Source of the DNA: Nitrospirota bacterium
Lineage (GTDB): Bacteria; Nitrospirota; UBA9217
Direction: 5' to 3'
Assembly: GCA_029858565.1 (NCBI GenBank)
Contig: JAOUEV010000009.1
Span: 1 to 64,000, forward strand
DNA length: 64,000 bases
Of the stretch, positions 10,180 through 20,568 are shown piece after piece. A model generated the notes under the pieces. That model was not told where the DNA came from and did no database searches. It was given only the letters and a program-made list of their open reading frames with translations. The translations under genes and the position numbers were made by a program. Within the stretch, counting starts at the first letter, position 1. Each line of letters begins with the position of its first letter.

Positions 10180-11679
10180 GTGAACAGGAATAAACGATTC
10201 TATTTGTCCGCAGCCGTTGTTCTGGCTCTTGGCATCTTCGTCGGTCTGGTGATCTCATCGCGCCTGGAAATGACCTCGTCGATAACGGCAAAATCGGGCC
10301 AGGTATCCTCGCGCTCGGTGGAATCGCTGGCGCAGCTGAGCGATGCCCTGTCCGAGGTCGCGGCGGTCGCCACCCCTTCGGTGGTAAACATATCCACCAC
10401 CCGGGTGATCAAGCAGCGGGAAGAGGCCCCTTTCGATTTCTTCGACGATCCGTTCCTGCGGCGGTTCTTCGGCGACCAGTACCAGCATCCGAATACGCCG
10501 AAGGAACACAAGGAGCAGAGTCTCGGATCGGGGGTCCTTGTTTCCGAGGACGGCTATATCGTCACGAACAACCACGTCATCGAAAAATCGCAGGAGATCA
10601 AGGTCCTGCTGTCCAATAAACGCGACTATAAGGCCAAACTGATCGGCGCGGACCCCAAGACGGACATCGCCGTTATCAAGATCGAAGCGAGCGGGCTGCC
10701 GGCGCTCTCGTGGGGCGATTCGAACAAACTGCGGGTCGGCGAACTGGTGTTCGCCATCGGCAATCCCTTCGGGCTCAACTCGACGCTGACCATGGGCGTC
10801 ATCAGCGCCGTGGGGCGGGCCAACGTAGGCATTGCCGACTATGAGGATTTCATCCAGACCGACGCGGCCATCAACCCCGGAAACTCCGGCGGCGCGCTGA
10901 TCAACGCACGGGGAGAGCTGGTCGGGATCAATACGGCCATCGTGTCGCGGAGCGGCGGGTATCAGGGGATCGGCTTCGCCGTACCGAGCGGCATGGCACG
11001 GCAGGTCATGGAGAGCCTGATCAAGTACAAGAAGGTCGTCCGCGGCTGGCTTGGCGTGAGCATCCAGGAGGTGACCTCTGATCTTGCCGAGGAGTTCGGC
11101 GCAAAGGACCTGAAGGGCGCGCTGGTCAGCGGGGTAATGAAGGGAAGTCCTGCCGAGAAAGCGGGCATCCGGCAGGGGGATGTGATACTGAGATACAACG
11201 GCAAAGAGGTGGAGGACACGGGCCACTTGCGGAACATGGTCTCCCAGACGCCGGTGGGGACGCGGGTGTCCGTGAATTTGCTGTGCAATAAGAAGGAATC
11301 GACCATCGAGGTCGTGATCGCGGAGCTTCCCAAAAAGATCGGCGACGCGGCAGGGAGCGATGAGCAGAACAGTGAAGAGCCTGAAGAGAGCAATGCGCTC
11401 TCCGGCCTGACCGTGCGCGAACTGACGCCGAGCCTGGCGAAACGCTTCGGTCTGCATGAGACCGAAACGGGGCTGGTGGTGGTGAAGGTCGATCCGGGCA
11501 GCAGCGCGTTCGAGGCCGGGATCCGCCCGGGCGACCAGATCCTCCAGATCAATCAGCAGGATATCGCGACCATGAACGATTACCGGAAGATCATTGGCAG
11601 GACCAAGGCAAAGGACCGGATGCTCATGCTGATCCGCAGAAAAGGCGAGGACCTTTTCGTAACGATCAAGCCCAGCTAG
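10180..11679 (+). CDS. degP: HtrA/DegP-DegQ family serine protease, two PDZ domains
   Basis: TNNHV, DIAVIK, QTDAAINPGNSGG; GTG start with AGGAGG RBS. Confidence 0.93.
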   Translation: MNRNKRFYLSAAVVLALGIFVGLVISSRLEMTSSITAKSGQVSSRSVESLAQLSDALSEVAAVATPSVVNISTTRVIKQREEAPFDFFDDPFLRRFFGDQYQHPNTPKEHKEQSLGSGVLVSEDGYIVTNNHVIEKSQEIKVLLSNKRDYKAKLIGADPKTDIAVIKIEASGLPALSWGDSNKLRVGELVFAIGNPFGLNSTLTMGVISAVGRANVGIADYEDFIQTDAAINPGNSGGALINARGELVGINTAIVSRSGGYQGIGFAVPSGMARQVMESLIKYKKVVRGWLGVSIQEVTSDLAEEFGAKDLKGALVSGVMKGSPAEKAGIRQGDVILRYNGKEVEDTGHLRNMVSQTPVGTRVSVNLLCNKKESTIEVVIAELPKKIGDAAGSDEQNSEEPEESNALSGLTVRELTPSLAKRFGLHETETGLVVVKVDPGSSAFEAGIRPGDQILQINQQDIATMNDYRKIIGRTKAKDRMLMLIRRKGEDLFVTIKPS

Positions 11680-11761
11680 TGGCAGCGGGTTCCGGTGCGG
11701 GCCGTACCGGAACCGGCGCGCAGATCCATATATCCTGTACAGGGAAGGGAGGTGAAGATAC

Positions 11762-12769
11762 ATGGGACTGATAATCATTCGTATGCTCTTTGTGGGCGTG
11801 GGCACACTGCTCGGCTATTACGTTTCCACGCAGCTCGACGAGGTGGTGAGCAAGCCGGAAGGCATGGCAATCGGGTTCTCTGTCGCCGTCGCGATCATAT
11901 TTTCGGAACTTCTGTTCCGGCGCGTGGCGCTCAAGGTCATTATCGGCGGCATCCTTGGATTCATCATAGGTCTTACGTCGGCCAACATCATCGCCACCCC
12001 GCTCAAGCTTGTACCCCTCGAAAGGAGCATCGTCAATTTCCTGGTCCTGCTCCTGAACGCCTTCTTCGGCTACATGGGCGTCACGATCGGGATCCGCGAA
12101 GGCGAACGGTTCAATCCGGCGAACATCAAGAAGCTGTTCCGCGGGGGGATCGAGGAGAACCTCAAGGTCCTGGATACCAGCGTCATCATAGACGGCAGGA
12201 TTGCCGATGTATGTGAGACCGAGTTCCTTGACGGGACGCTGGTGATACCGCAGTTCATCCTGCTGGAGTTGCAGCATATCGCCGATTCCTCGGATTCGCT
12301 CAAGCGGGCGCGGGGACGGCGGGGGCTCGACATCCTGCACCGCATCCAGAAAATGAGCCATATGGAGGTGCGGATCACCGAGGACGATTTTCCCAAGATC
12401 CGCGAGGTGGACAGCAAACTGATCGCCCTGGCGAAGCGCAACGGCGCCAAGATCATCACCAACGATTTCAACCTCAACAAGGTCGCGGAGCTGCAGGGCG
12501 TCAAGGTGCTGAACATCAACGACCTGTCGAACGCGGTGAAGCCGGTCGCACTTCCCGGCGAGACCATGCGGGTCTTCGTGCTGAAGGAAGGGAAGGAAGC
12601 CGGCCAGGGGGTCGCCTATCTGGACGACGGGACGATGATCGTCGTGGAGAACGGCCGCCGGTTCATCAATAAGAACGTGGAGGTCGCTGTCACGAGCGTG
12701 CTTCAGACCGCGGCGGGGAGAATGATCTTCACGCGGCTCAAGGATGAGGAAGAGCACGAAGTGCAATAA
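11762..12769 (+). CDS. PIN/TRAM domain membrane protein (YacL family)
   Basis: [44 protein letters not shown]. Confidence 0.93.
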   Translation: MGLIIIRMLFVGVGTLLGYYVSTQLDEVVSKPEGMAIGFSVAVAIIFSELLFRRVALKVIIGGILGFIIGLTSANIIATPLKLVPLERSIVNFLVLLLNAFFGYMGVTIGIREGERFNPANIKKLFRGGIEENLKVLDTSVIIDGRIADVCETEFLDGTLVIPQFILLELQHIADSSDSLKRARGRRGLDILHRIQKMSHMEVRITEDDFPKIREVDSKLIALAKRNGAKIITNDFNLNKVAELQGVKVLNINDLSNAVKPVALPGETMRVFVLKEGKEAGQGVAYLDDGTMIVVENGRRFINKNVEVAVTSVLQTAAGRMIFTRLKDEEEHEVQ

Positions 12770-12785
12770 TTATCAAGGAGGTTTC

Positions 12786-13538
12786 ATGTCGGGTCATTCG
12801 AAGTGGGCTACAACAAAACGGAAAAAAGCGGCGATCGACTCCAAGCGCGGGAAGATCTTCACGAAGATCACCAAGGAGATCACCGTGGCGGCCCGGATGG
12901 GCGGAGGAGATCCTGACGGGAATCCCCGGCTTCGCACGGCCGTTGACAAGGCGAAATCAGTGAGCATGCCGGCGGACAACATCAAGCGGGCAATCCAGAA
13001 GGGTACCGGCGAACTGCCCGGCGTGGCTTACGAGGAGACAACGTACGAAGGCTACGGCCCGAACGGCGTCGCCATCATCGTCGAGGTCATGACGGACAAC
13101 AAGAACCGCACGGTCGCCGAGCTCAGGCATATCATGGAAAAGCTCGGCAAGGGCATGGGCGAGAACGGCTGCGTGTCCTGGATGTTCCACAAGAAGGGCT
13201 ACATCGTCGTGGCCAAGTCAAAGGCCGATGAAGAGAAGCTCATGAGCATCGCGTTGGACGCCGGCGCGGAGGACATGCAGCCCGAGGATGATAATTTCGT
13301 CATTACATCGGCAACCTTCGATTTTGACAAGGTCAAAAAGGCCCTGGATGCCGCCGGTATCGCCACGGAGGTTGCGGAGGTGACCATGGTCCCGCAGACC
13401 TACGTTACCCTGGAAGGCCAGAAAGAGGCTTCGCAGATGCTGCGTCTTATGGAGGCTCTGGAAGACAACGATGATGTGCAGAACGTTTACGCGAACTTTG
13501 ATATACCCGATGCAGTGATGAATGCCATCGAGGAGTAG
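12786..13538 (+). CDS. yebC: YebC/PmpR family protein
   Basis: MSGHSKW, YEGYGP, TDNKNRT, DDVQNVY; upstream of ruvC. Confidence 0.96.
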   Translation: MSGHSKWATTKRKKAAIDSKRGKIFTKITKEITVAARMGGGDPDGNPRLRTAVDKAKSVSMPADNIKRAIQKGTGELPGVAYEETTYEGYGPNGVAIIVEVMTDNKNRTVAELRHIMEKLGKGMGENGCVSWMFHKKGYIVVAKSKADEEKLMSIALDAGAEDMQPEDDNFVITSATFDFDKVKKALDAAGIATEVAEVTMVPQTYVTLEGQKEASQMLRLMEALEDNDDVQNVYANFDIPDAVMNAIEE

Positions 13539-13609
13539 GAGCGTCCCGCCGCAGCGCGCTGGAGTCCAGCGGCCAGCGGCAGGGCCGGCGGTATCAACAG
13601 GGGGATTCG

Positions 13610-14146
13610 ATGCGGGTACTGGGGATTGATCCGGGGACGCTCACGAGCGGATACGGCATTGTGACCGAGGAAGACCATAAGCTCTTCCACGTTATTTCGG
13701 GAGGGATCAGCCCTTCAGCGAAGCAGCCATTCCCCAAGCGGCTGAAGAAGATCTACGAAGAGCTTGAAAAGGTCATTGAAAAGTACAAACCCCAGGTCGT
13801 GGTGATCGAGGACCTCTTCGTATCGAACAATATTAAAGCCGCGCTCAAGCTGGGCCATGCCCGGGGCGTTGCGATCCTTGCCGCGGTGAATGCGGGCCTT
13901 CCGGTGTTCGAGTACGCGCCTACCGAGGTGAAGCAGGCGGTCGTGGGCAGCGGAAAGGCGGATAAAAAACAGGTCCAGCTTATGGTCAAGGTCCTGCTGG
14001 AACTTCCCAAGACGCCCCATCCCGCTGATGCTGCTGACGCGCTCGCTGCCGCTATCTGTCATATCCATTCCTCCCGCATGCGGGAGATGCTCAAGAACCC
14101 CTCGTCCTTCAGGCAGGGGGCACGTTCCTCGGTCAAACTGCGATGA
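13610..14146 (+). CDS. ruvC: Holliday junction resolvase RuvC
   Basis: LGIDPG, LGHARGV, DAADALAAAICH. Confidence 0.96.
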   Translation: MRVLGIDPGTLTSGYGIVTEEDHKLFHVISGGISPSAKQPFPKRLKKIYEELEKVIEKYKPQVVVIEDLFVSNNIKAALKLGHARGVAILAAVNAGLPVFEYAPTEVKQAVVGSGKADKKQVQLMVKVLLELPKTPHPADAADALAAAICHIHSSRMREMLKNPSSFRQGARSSVKLR

Positions 14147-14748
14147 TCGCATGGCTCTCGGGAAGAATAGTGCGGAAATCCCCGTCCGCCGTTGTCATCG
14201 ATGTCGGCGGCGTGGGGTACGAGGTGGCGGTCCCGCTGTCCACGTTTAACGGGATTCCCGAACCAGGCGCGGACGTGAGCCTGCATGTGCATACCCATGT
14301 TCGCGAGGACTCGCTAAGCCTCTTCGGGTTTTCCACGGAGCTTGAAAAAGAACTGTTCGAGCTCCTGATGGGGGTATCGGGCATCGGTCCGAAGCTGGCG
14401 CTGACCGTCCTGTCGAACCTGTCGGTCGAGAATATCATGCAGTCGCTGAACACCGCGGACGAAGCCGCGTTGTGCCGCATCCCGGGGATCGGGAAGAAAA
14501 CAGCGGCGCGGCTTTGTCTGGAGCTCAAGGACCGGATCGCCAAGCTCAGACCGGCTCTGCCGACTTCAGGCCAGTACCGGCCTGCTGGTGGTGAAGGACA
14601 GCTGGAGGATGCGGTCTCCGCACTGGTCAACCTGGGGTATAAGCGGCAGCAGGCAGAGGATGCCGTACGGACAGCCATGCGCGGCAGACCTGATGTGCCG
14701 ATGGGCGAACTTATCCGCGAGTCGCTGAATCTACTGCTGAAGCGGTGA
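14143..14748 (+). CDS. ruvA: Holliday junction branch migration protein RuvA
   Basis: [35 protein letters not shown]. Confidence 0.96.
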   Translation: MIAWLSGRIVRKSPSAVVIDVGGVGYEVAVPLSTFNGIPEPGADVSLHVHTHVREDSLSLFGFSTELEKELFELLMGVSGIGPKLALTVLSNLSVENIMQSLNTADEAALCRIPGIGKKTAARLCLELKDRIAKLRPALPTSGQYRPAGGEGQLEDAVSALVNLGYKRQQAEDAVRTAMRGRPDVPMGELIRESLNLLLKR

Positions 14749-14770
14749 CAGGAGACCGGGTGACGAATTC

Positions 14771-15790
14771 ATGAGCGACCGGATCATTGCCGGGGAACGG
14801 AACGAGGACGATATTCAGATCGAACGGAGCCTTCGGCCGAACCGTTTTGACGAGTTCGTGGGCCAGGACCGCATCCGCGACAATCTGTCCGTGTTCATCC
14901 AGGCCGCGCGCGGCCGGGGAGAGGCCCTTGACCATGTGCTTTTCTGCGGACCTCCCGGGCTGGGCAAGACCACGCTGGCGAACATCATCGCCCACGAGAT
15001 GGGTGTGGGCATCAAATCGACCTCGGGGCCGGTCCTGGAACGGGCCGGTGACCTGGCCGCGATCCTCACCAACCTCCAGCCCGGCGATGTGCTGTTCATT
15101 GACGAGATCCATCGGTTGAACCGTGTGGTGGAGGAGGTCCTCTATCCCGCCATGGAGGACTTCCAGCTCGACATCATCATCGGCCAGGGGCCCGGCGCCC
15201 GTTCCATCAAGCTCGATCTTCCCCGGTTCACGCTTGTGGGAGCAACGACGCGGACCGGCCTGCTCACGTCGCCGCTGCGCGACCGCTTCGGGATCATCGA
15301 CCGCCTGAACTTCTATGCTCCGGGGGAACTGCAGCGGATCATCACCCGCTCTTCGGAAATTCTTGGCGTCACCGCTGCGCCGGACGCGGCGGAGGAGATC
15401 GCGCGACGTTCGCGCGGCACCCCGCGGATCGCGAACCGCCTGCTGCGGCGCGTGCGGGACTTCGCCCAGGTTGCGGGAGAAGGCGCCATCGACCGTAAGG
15501 CCGTTGAAAAGGCGATGGACCGGCTCGAAGTGGACAGCAAGGGCTTCGATGAGATGGACCGGAGGCTGCTTCTTACCATCATTGACAAGTTCGGGGGAGG
15601 ACCGGTGGGTCTGGATACCCTGGCCGCGGCGATCAACGAGGATAGGGACACGCTCGAGGATGTCTATGAACCCTTCCTGATCCAGGAGGGATTCCTGGAC
15701 CGTACGCCGCGGGGACGGCTGGCCACGAAACTGTCCTTTGAATATTTCGGCAGGAAAAGAACATCGCCGGCCCAGGAACACCTGCTCTAG
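14771..15790 (+). CDS. ruvB: Holliday junction branch migration helicase RuvB
   Basis: [37 protein letters not shown]. Confidence 0.97.
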   Translation: MSDRIIAGERNEDDIQIERSLRPNRFDEFVGQDRIRDNLSVFIQAARGRGEALDHVLFCGPPGLGKTTLANIIAHEMGVGIKSTSGPVLERAGDLAAILTNLQPGDVLFIDEIHRLNRVVEEVLYPAMEDFQLDIIIGQGPGARSIKLDLPRFTLVGATTRTGLLTSPLRDRFGIIDRLNFYAPGELQRIITRSSEILGVTAAPDAAEEIARRSRGTPRIANRLLRRVRDFAQVAGEGAIDRKAVEKAMDRLEVDSKGFDEMDRRLLLTIIDKFGGGPVGLDTLAAAINEDRDTLEDVYEPFLIQEGFLDRTPRGRLATKLSFEYFGRKRTSPAQEHLL

Positions 15791-15820
15791 GCCCTGCTGC
15801 GCGGCGCGGTCCCGTCCAAC

Positions 15821-16228
15821 ATGCGAACGATACTTTCCATACTCATCCTGCTGGCCCTGACAGCGTCGACCGTCCACCGCAATACCGCCTGGAATACCCT
15901 GTTGTCCCTGTGGGAGGATTGCGCCGCAAAGTCCCCGGACAAATCACGGACCCACAATAATCTCGGGAACTGCAACCTGCTGCTCGGAAGGTATTTTCCC
16001 GCGATCGAGGAATACCGGCGGGCAGTTGCGCTTGATCCCGCGAATATGGAAGCCTACTACAATCTGGCGACCACCCTCGATATCGCCGGGCTCTCGGTCG
16101 AGGCGATCGGGCCTTACAGCGTTTTTTGCAGGGAAGCGCCGCGCAATTACGCGGTGCAGCAGCAGCAGGCCTGCGAGCGGTTGCGGGGGCTTATCGCCGG
16201 ATCAGGGAACGCGGGTACGGGGAAATGA
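15821..16228 (+). CDS. Membrane-anchored TPR protein (TMTC-like C-terminal module)
   Basis: N-terminal helix, RNTAW..LSLWED..KSPDKSRTHNNLG, 2 TPRs. Confidence 0.75.
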   Translation: MRTILSILILLALTASTVHRNTAWNTLLSLWEDCAAKSPDKSRTHNNLGNCNLLLGRYFPAIEEYRRAVALDPANMEAYYNLATTLDIAGLSVEAIGPYSVFCREAPRNYAVQQQQACERLRGLIAGSGNAGTGK

Positions 16229-16797
16229 ACCTCCTTCTCCATATGTGCTGCGCACCCTGCGCGATCTACCCTCTGGCGCGTCTCGCGGCTGCGGGCTTCA
16301 GCACGACCGGACTTTTCTACAATCCCAATATTCATCCCTATCAGGAATACGGAAAACGGCTTGAAACGGTCAGGGAACACGCTGTCCGGACCGGTCTGCC
16401 GCTGATCGTCCTGGACCACTACGACCTGGAATCGTTCCTCGCGGTCACCCTGGGCCGGGGCAGCGGAAGATGCGAACAGTGCTATCGCATGCGCCTCGAT
16501 GCCGCTGCGGGGGAAGCGGGCAGGAGGGGATTTGGTCTGTTCTCTTCCACGCTGCTGTACAGCAAATACCAGAACCACGACCTGATCGCCGGTGTTGCGC
16601 GGGAGATGGCCGCGGAGCATAAGGTGGAATTCCTGTACGAGGATTTCCGCGACGGGTGGAAACAGGGCATCGAGGAATCAAAGGCGCTGGGTATGTACCG
16701 CCAGCAGTACTGCGGATGCATCTTCAGCGAGCGGGAGCGGTATGCGCCAGGCTTCCGGAAGAAGTCCGCGAACGCTTCCGCTGAAAGAAAGGGATAG
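16225..16797 (+). CDS. queH: Epoxyqueuosine reductase QueH (DUF208)
   Basis: LLHMCCAPC, FYNPNIHPYQEY, CEQCYRMRL, YRQQYCGCIFS. Confidence 0.9.
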   Translation: MNLLLHMCCAPCAIYPLARLAAAGFSTTGLFYNPNIHPYQEYGKRLETVREHAVRTGLPLIVLDHYDLESFLAVTLGRGSGRCEQCYRMRLDAAAGEAGRRGFGLFSSTLLYSKYQNHDLIAGVAREMAAEHKVEFLYEDFRDGWKQGIEESKALGMYRQQYCGCIFSERERYAPGFRKKSANASAERKG

Positions 16798-16801
16798 CCC
16801 C

Positions 16802-17413
16802 GTGTTCTCCTGGTCCCTGCAGACGTTCAGATTCACGCTGATCTCCCTGGTCCTGTGCTTTCTGGGGGTCGCCTCGTTCGCGCGGAACGCGGTGTGGAGT
16901 GACGGTGTGTCGCTGTATGAGGACGTGGTCCGGAAAACCCCGAACAAGTCCCGCGCCTGGGATCATCTGGGCGTCGCCTTCTATCTCCGGTCCGATTATC
17001 CCAATGCGATCGCGGCCTATGACCGCGCCATCAAGCTGGATCCCTATCTGTCGATCAATCCCTACCGCAACCTCGCGCGTCTTTATGTGGATATCGGGGA
17101 ATACGACCGGGCCGTCCAGCTCCTGACCTGGGCAATGTCCATAGATGCGGGCAATTACGAGCTCTATACCACGCGCGGCATGGCATACCACAAGAAGAAC
17201 GAGTTCCCGCAGGCCATAGCGGACTTCTCCCGGGCGCTCGATCTCGAGCGGAACAATCCCGCGATCTATGTTGACCGCGGTCTGGCATACGAAGCGGCAG
17301 GCCGCATCAGAGAGGCTGTCAGGGATTTTGACGAGGCCTGCTCGCGCGGGCGGTCAGCTGCCTGTGAAAAGTCCCGGGCGCTTCGGCCGGACGGAGGCCG
17401 TCCATGGCGGTGA
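16802..17413 (+). CDS. Membrane-anchored TPR protein (TMTC-like C-terminal module)
   Basis: TM helix, RNAVWSDGVSLYEDVVRKTPNKSRAWDHLG, ~4 TPRs; start uncertain. Confidence 0.75.
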   Translation: MFSWSLQTFRFTLISLVLCFLGVASFARNAVWSDGVSLYEDVVRKTPNKSRAWDHLGVAFYLRSDYPNAIAAYDRAIKLDPYLSINPYRNLARLYVDIGEYDRAVQLLTWAMSIDAGNYELYTTRGMAYHKKNEFPQAIADFSRALDLERNNPAIYVDRGLAYEAAGRIREAVRDFDEACSRGRSAACEKSRALRPDGGRPWR

Positions 17414-18537
17414 TGGCGCCACGTTCTGCCGGGATCCCATTTTCGATTCGCGGACCGGTCAGGCATTGTTCGTTTATCCTTGCTGTCGGAGCGCTGCTCT
17501 TCGCCCTTTCTGCCGAGTGTCTTGGTGCTGCCCGCATCCGCGTGGCCATTGCTGATTCGTCAACACAGGTGGTTCTCCAATCACCAGCAGGGCTCACGAT
17601 CGGCCGCGGGCGGACAGCTAAGGTTCGCCGCACAATCACCCTGACGCCCGCGGACCTGGGGACCGATCCGATCCTCGTCCGCTCCCGGGGCAGCAGCATC
17701 TCGGTGAACGGCAAGAAGTACCGGGGGACGATGGAGGTGCGCAGGAACGGGATAGGCCGGATCCGGGTGATCAACGATCTTGATCTTGAGGACTATCTCA
17801 AGGGCGTTGTGGCGGCCGAGATCCCTCATGAATGGGAAATGGAGGCGCTCAAGGCCCAGGCTGTCGCATCGCGAACCTATGCCTTGCATCAAAAGGAAGC
17901 ATCAGGCGGACGTTCATACCATCTGCTGGCGACGGTAGACAGTCAGATGTACGTGGGGATGGAGGGAGAGCGTCCGCGGGCTGTCCGTGCGGTGGATGAT
18001 ACCCGGGGTGAGGTGCTGCAGTACGAAGGCAGGTTGATCTCGGCCTATTACCATTCCAGCTGCGGAGGACACACCGAGGACGCGCTCGAGCTCTGGGGGA
18101 TCGACGCTTCCTACCTTCGCGGCGTTGATTGTGACTGTCAGCGCATATCGACCTACGGTCCGTGGGAAAGAAAATTTTCCATCCCCGAGGTCATCGGGGC
18201 GCTCCGGCGGGAAGGTTACCCGATCACCGATATCGCGGCGGTGGAGAACGGGGATATCACCCCTGCGGGCCGCGTCAAGCGCGTCCTGTTCAGGTCGTCG
18301 CAGGGGATGATTTCCATCCCTGCGGAATCGCTTCGTTCCATCCTCGGCTATTCCCGATTCCTGAGCGTGTTCATAGAGCCTGAACTGGTTGACCGGGAGA
18401 TCGTGATCTCGGGGCGGGGACGGGGGCACGGCGTCGGGCTATGCCAGTGGGGTGCTCAGGACCTGGCGCTGCAGGGCAAGGAGTACCGGGCCATACTGGA
18501 ACATTATTATCCCGGAACAAAGATCGTACGGCGATAG
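17404..18537 (+). CDS. SpoIID/LytB domain protein
   Basis: EDYLKGVVAAEI, EALKAQAVASRTYA, YHSSCGGHTE, GHGVGLCQWGA. Confidence 0.92.
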   Translation: MAVMAPRSAGIPFSIRGPVRHCSFILAVGALLFALSAECLGAARIRVAIADSSTQVVLQSPAGLTIGRGRTAKVRRTITLTPADLGTDPILVRSRGSSISVNGKKYRGTMEVRRNGIGRIRVINDLDLEDYLKGVVAAEIPHEWEMEALKAQAVASRTYALHQKEASGGRSYHLLATVDSQMYVGMEGERPRAVRAVDDTRGEVLQYEGRLISAYYHSSCGGHTEDALELWGIDASYLRGVDCDCQRISTYGPWERKFSIPEVIGALRREGYPITDIAAVENGDITPAGRVKRVLFRSSQGMISIPAESLRSILGYSRFLSVFIEPELVDREIVISGRGRGHGVGLCQWGAQDLALQGKEYRAILEHYYPGTKIVRR

Positions 18538-18568
18538 GGCCGGAGGAGCGCTGGGCCGACCATTCTGC

Positions 18569-18598
18569 TTGACAGGCGGCCGTGCCAGCCGATACAAT
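18569..18598 (+). promoter_or_regulatory. Candidate sigma70 promoter, possibly leaderless
   Basis: TTGACA-18nt-TACAAT, 7 nt before ATG 18606. Confidence 0.5.
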
Positions 18599-18605
18599 GG
18601 GTTCG

Positions 18606-19409
18606 ATGAAAAAGAAAACTGCAAGAACAAAGACACAGCAAGCGCCATCGCCACAGGTCAAAGCACAAGTGCCTCAGGATCCCTTCCTGGTATTGACAGC
18701 ACTTGCTCTTATGGCGTTGTTCATTGCCTCCCTCACGACTGCAGCACTGCTTCGCAACAGGATCTATGAAACGGGACTGTCGGTCTGGAAAAGCATGGTC
18801 GAAAGTTCGCCTGACAAACGCCGGCCCCATGAGAATTACGGCCAGGCGCTGTCAACAGCCGGCCGTTTGCAGGAGGCCTTGCAGGAGTTCAAGACCGTGC
18901 TCAGTCTGCCTGATGACGGCAGTGTACCTCTCCGGGATGTATATCGCGAGATCGGCGTGGTCTATTTCCGTCTCGGCCTTTTCGACGAGTCCATTACCGC
19001 GTGGAAGACCGGTTTGGTCCATGCTCCGCTCGACGCGGGATTGCTGAACAATATAGCCATTGCCCTGCTCAAGCAGCAGCGCTATGACGAGGCGGTCTCA
19101 CACGCGGAAACAGCCGTGCGGGCGAACAATACGATGCCTGAACCGGTCAATACGCTGGGCGAGATCTACCTTGCCAAAGGGGAGTTTGCGCGGGCAGCTG
19201 AATTCTTCAAGCGGTATATATACCTTCGGCCCGAGGACCCCCGTGGGTCCTGGAATGTAGCGATCGCGCTGGCTCGCGGCGGAAGATATGAAGAGGCCTA
19301 TCAGCATGTCAATCGCTTCCTCGCGTCGGAGCTCGATCCCCGCGAGCGGGCCGGTGCCACTGATCTGCTTAATTTCATCAATGAAAGTATGAATAAAAAG
19401 AGGCACTGA
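18606..19409 (+). CDS. Membrane-anchored TPR protein (TMTC-like C-terminal module)
   Basis: Basic N-terminus, TM helix, RNRIYETGLSVWKSMVESSPDKRRPHENYG, ~5 TPRs. Confidence 0.8.
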   Translation: MKKKTARTKTQQAPSPQVKAQVPQDPFLVLTALALMALFIASLTTAALLRNRIYETGLSVWKSMVESSPDKRRPHENYGQALSTAGRLQEALQEFKTVLSLPDDGSVPLRDVYREIGVVYFRLGLFDESITAWKTGLVHAPLDAGLLNNIAIALLKQQRYDEAVSHAETAVRANNTMPEPVNTLGEIYLAKGEFARAAEFFKRYIYLRPEDPRGSWNVAIALARGGRYEEAYQHVNRFLASELDPRERAGATDLLNFINESMNKKRH

Positions 19410-19688
19410 TGGCGTGTCTGACGGCTTTCTGCTTTAAGCAATCCATTATAATTTGGTAGTCGCAGGCTTTCGCCCGGGATATCAGCCGGTTAACAGAGTT
19501 GTAGCGTTTGGGGCTATGCAAAACTACCCTTTTGGGTAGTTCCCATGCTGCCTCTCTTGTATATGTATGCTCTTTCCCTATAATTCCTTGTGCATATTCC
19601 AACAGGATGAGCATAAATGCGCATACTGTTGGAATGATTTAGCGCGCACCAGTTTTAAAATGCATTTTAAATTCAACATGTTAGGGTA

Positions 19689-19704
19689 TGGCATAAGCGT
19701 TGCA
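19689..19704 (+). promoter_or_regulatory. sigma54 (-24/-12) promoter of the cytochrome gene
   Basis: TGGCATAAGCGTTGCA, GG-N10-GC spacing, AT-rich upstream with palindromes. Confidence 0.8.
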
Positions 19705-19843
19705 ATATCAATGGATAATTACTAGCATCAACCGCATTATCCAATTACCACTATTTTGCGAAACTGTATGTAATAATATGGATTTCTAAATTGAGCGTCG
19801 CAATACGCATCAATTATTTCACATGAGGAGGAAGGAGAAGAAC

Positions 19844-20491
19844 ATGAAGAAGCTTCTAGTAGTAGCAGTTGCAGTATCCATGGTGTTGATGGCGACCTCC
19901 GCGTTCGCACTCATCGCTGGTTCAAAGCACGACCTGTCTTTGACCACCGGTGGATCGAACTCGGTACATGCCGACAACACCACGCTTTCGTCCTGTCAGT
20001 TCTGCCACACCCCGCACAATGGCGTTGCCGTTGCCGGAGCACCGCTCTGGAACCGGACTTTGCCGAACACGACGTACACGTTCTACGCTACCGCAGCAGC
20101 CTCGACCACGGCGTTTGATGGTGGTCTTGGCCCGAACTCGCTCACCTGCCTGAGCTGCCATGATGGTACGGTCAGCGTCGGCGATGTGCTCGTGGGAACC
20201 GATGGTGTTTTCACCGCAAATGCAAATGTTAATGCTGATGGCACGTTGGGTGCAACCCAGTATAATCTCGGCACCGACCTGACGAATGACCACCCGGTCG
20301 GCTTCGTGGTTGACGATCAGAGCGGCAAGGCCGGTCTGACGAATATTGCTGCGATGCAGACTGCTGGTGCCAAGTTCTACACCGGCCGCATGGAGTGCGC
20401 GACCTGCCATGATCCGCATCAGACGACCTATGGCAAGTTCCTTCGCTGGAGCGGTGGTTCCATGTGCTCCGATTGCCACGCCCTGAAGTAG
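19844..20491 (+). CDS. Secreted tetraheme c-type cytochrome, OmcE-like
   Basis: Signal peptide ending AFA; CQFCH, CLSCH, CATCH, CSDCH; KHDLS, HTPHN, PLWNR, NLGTDLTNDHPV; AAGGAG RBS. Confidence 0.9.
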   Translation: MKKLLVVAVAVSMVLMATSAFALIAGSKHDLSLTTGGSNSVHADNTTLSSCQFCHTPHNGVAVAGAPLWNRTLPNTTYTFYATAAASTTAFDGGLGPNSLTCLSCHDGTVSVGDVLVGTDGVFTANANVNADGTLGATQYNLGTDLTNDHPVGFVVDDQSGKAGLTNIAAMQTAGAKFYTGRMECATCHDPHQTTYGKFLRWSGGSMCSDCHALK

Positions 20492-20528
20492 GTTTAAGTC
20501 AGGATAGGCATAAGGGAATTGAATCATG

Positions 20529-20568
20529 AACGAGAGGAGGGGTGAAAGCCCTTCCTCTCGTTTTTTTT
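20529..20568 (+). terminator. Rho-independent terminator after cytochrome gene
   Basis: CGAGAGGAGGGG-loop-CCCTTCCTCTCG followed by T8. Confidence 0.85.

Noticed and set aside
10255-12766. 516-aa and 366-aa minus-strand ORFs
   Set aside because: Antisense to well-supported degP and PIN/TRAM genes.
19410-19843. Cyclic-dinucleotide (GEMM-I) riboswitch ahead of the cytochrome, as in some Geobacter loci
   Set aside because: Could not find the GGCAAA..GAAA..ACGCAAA pattern by eye; a covariance search would be needed to exclude it fully.
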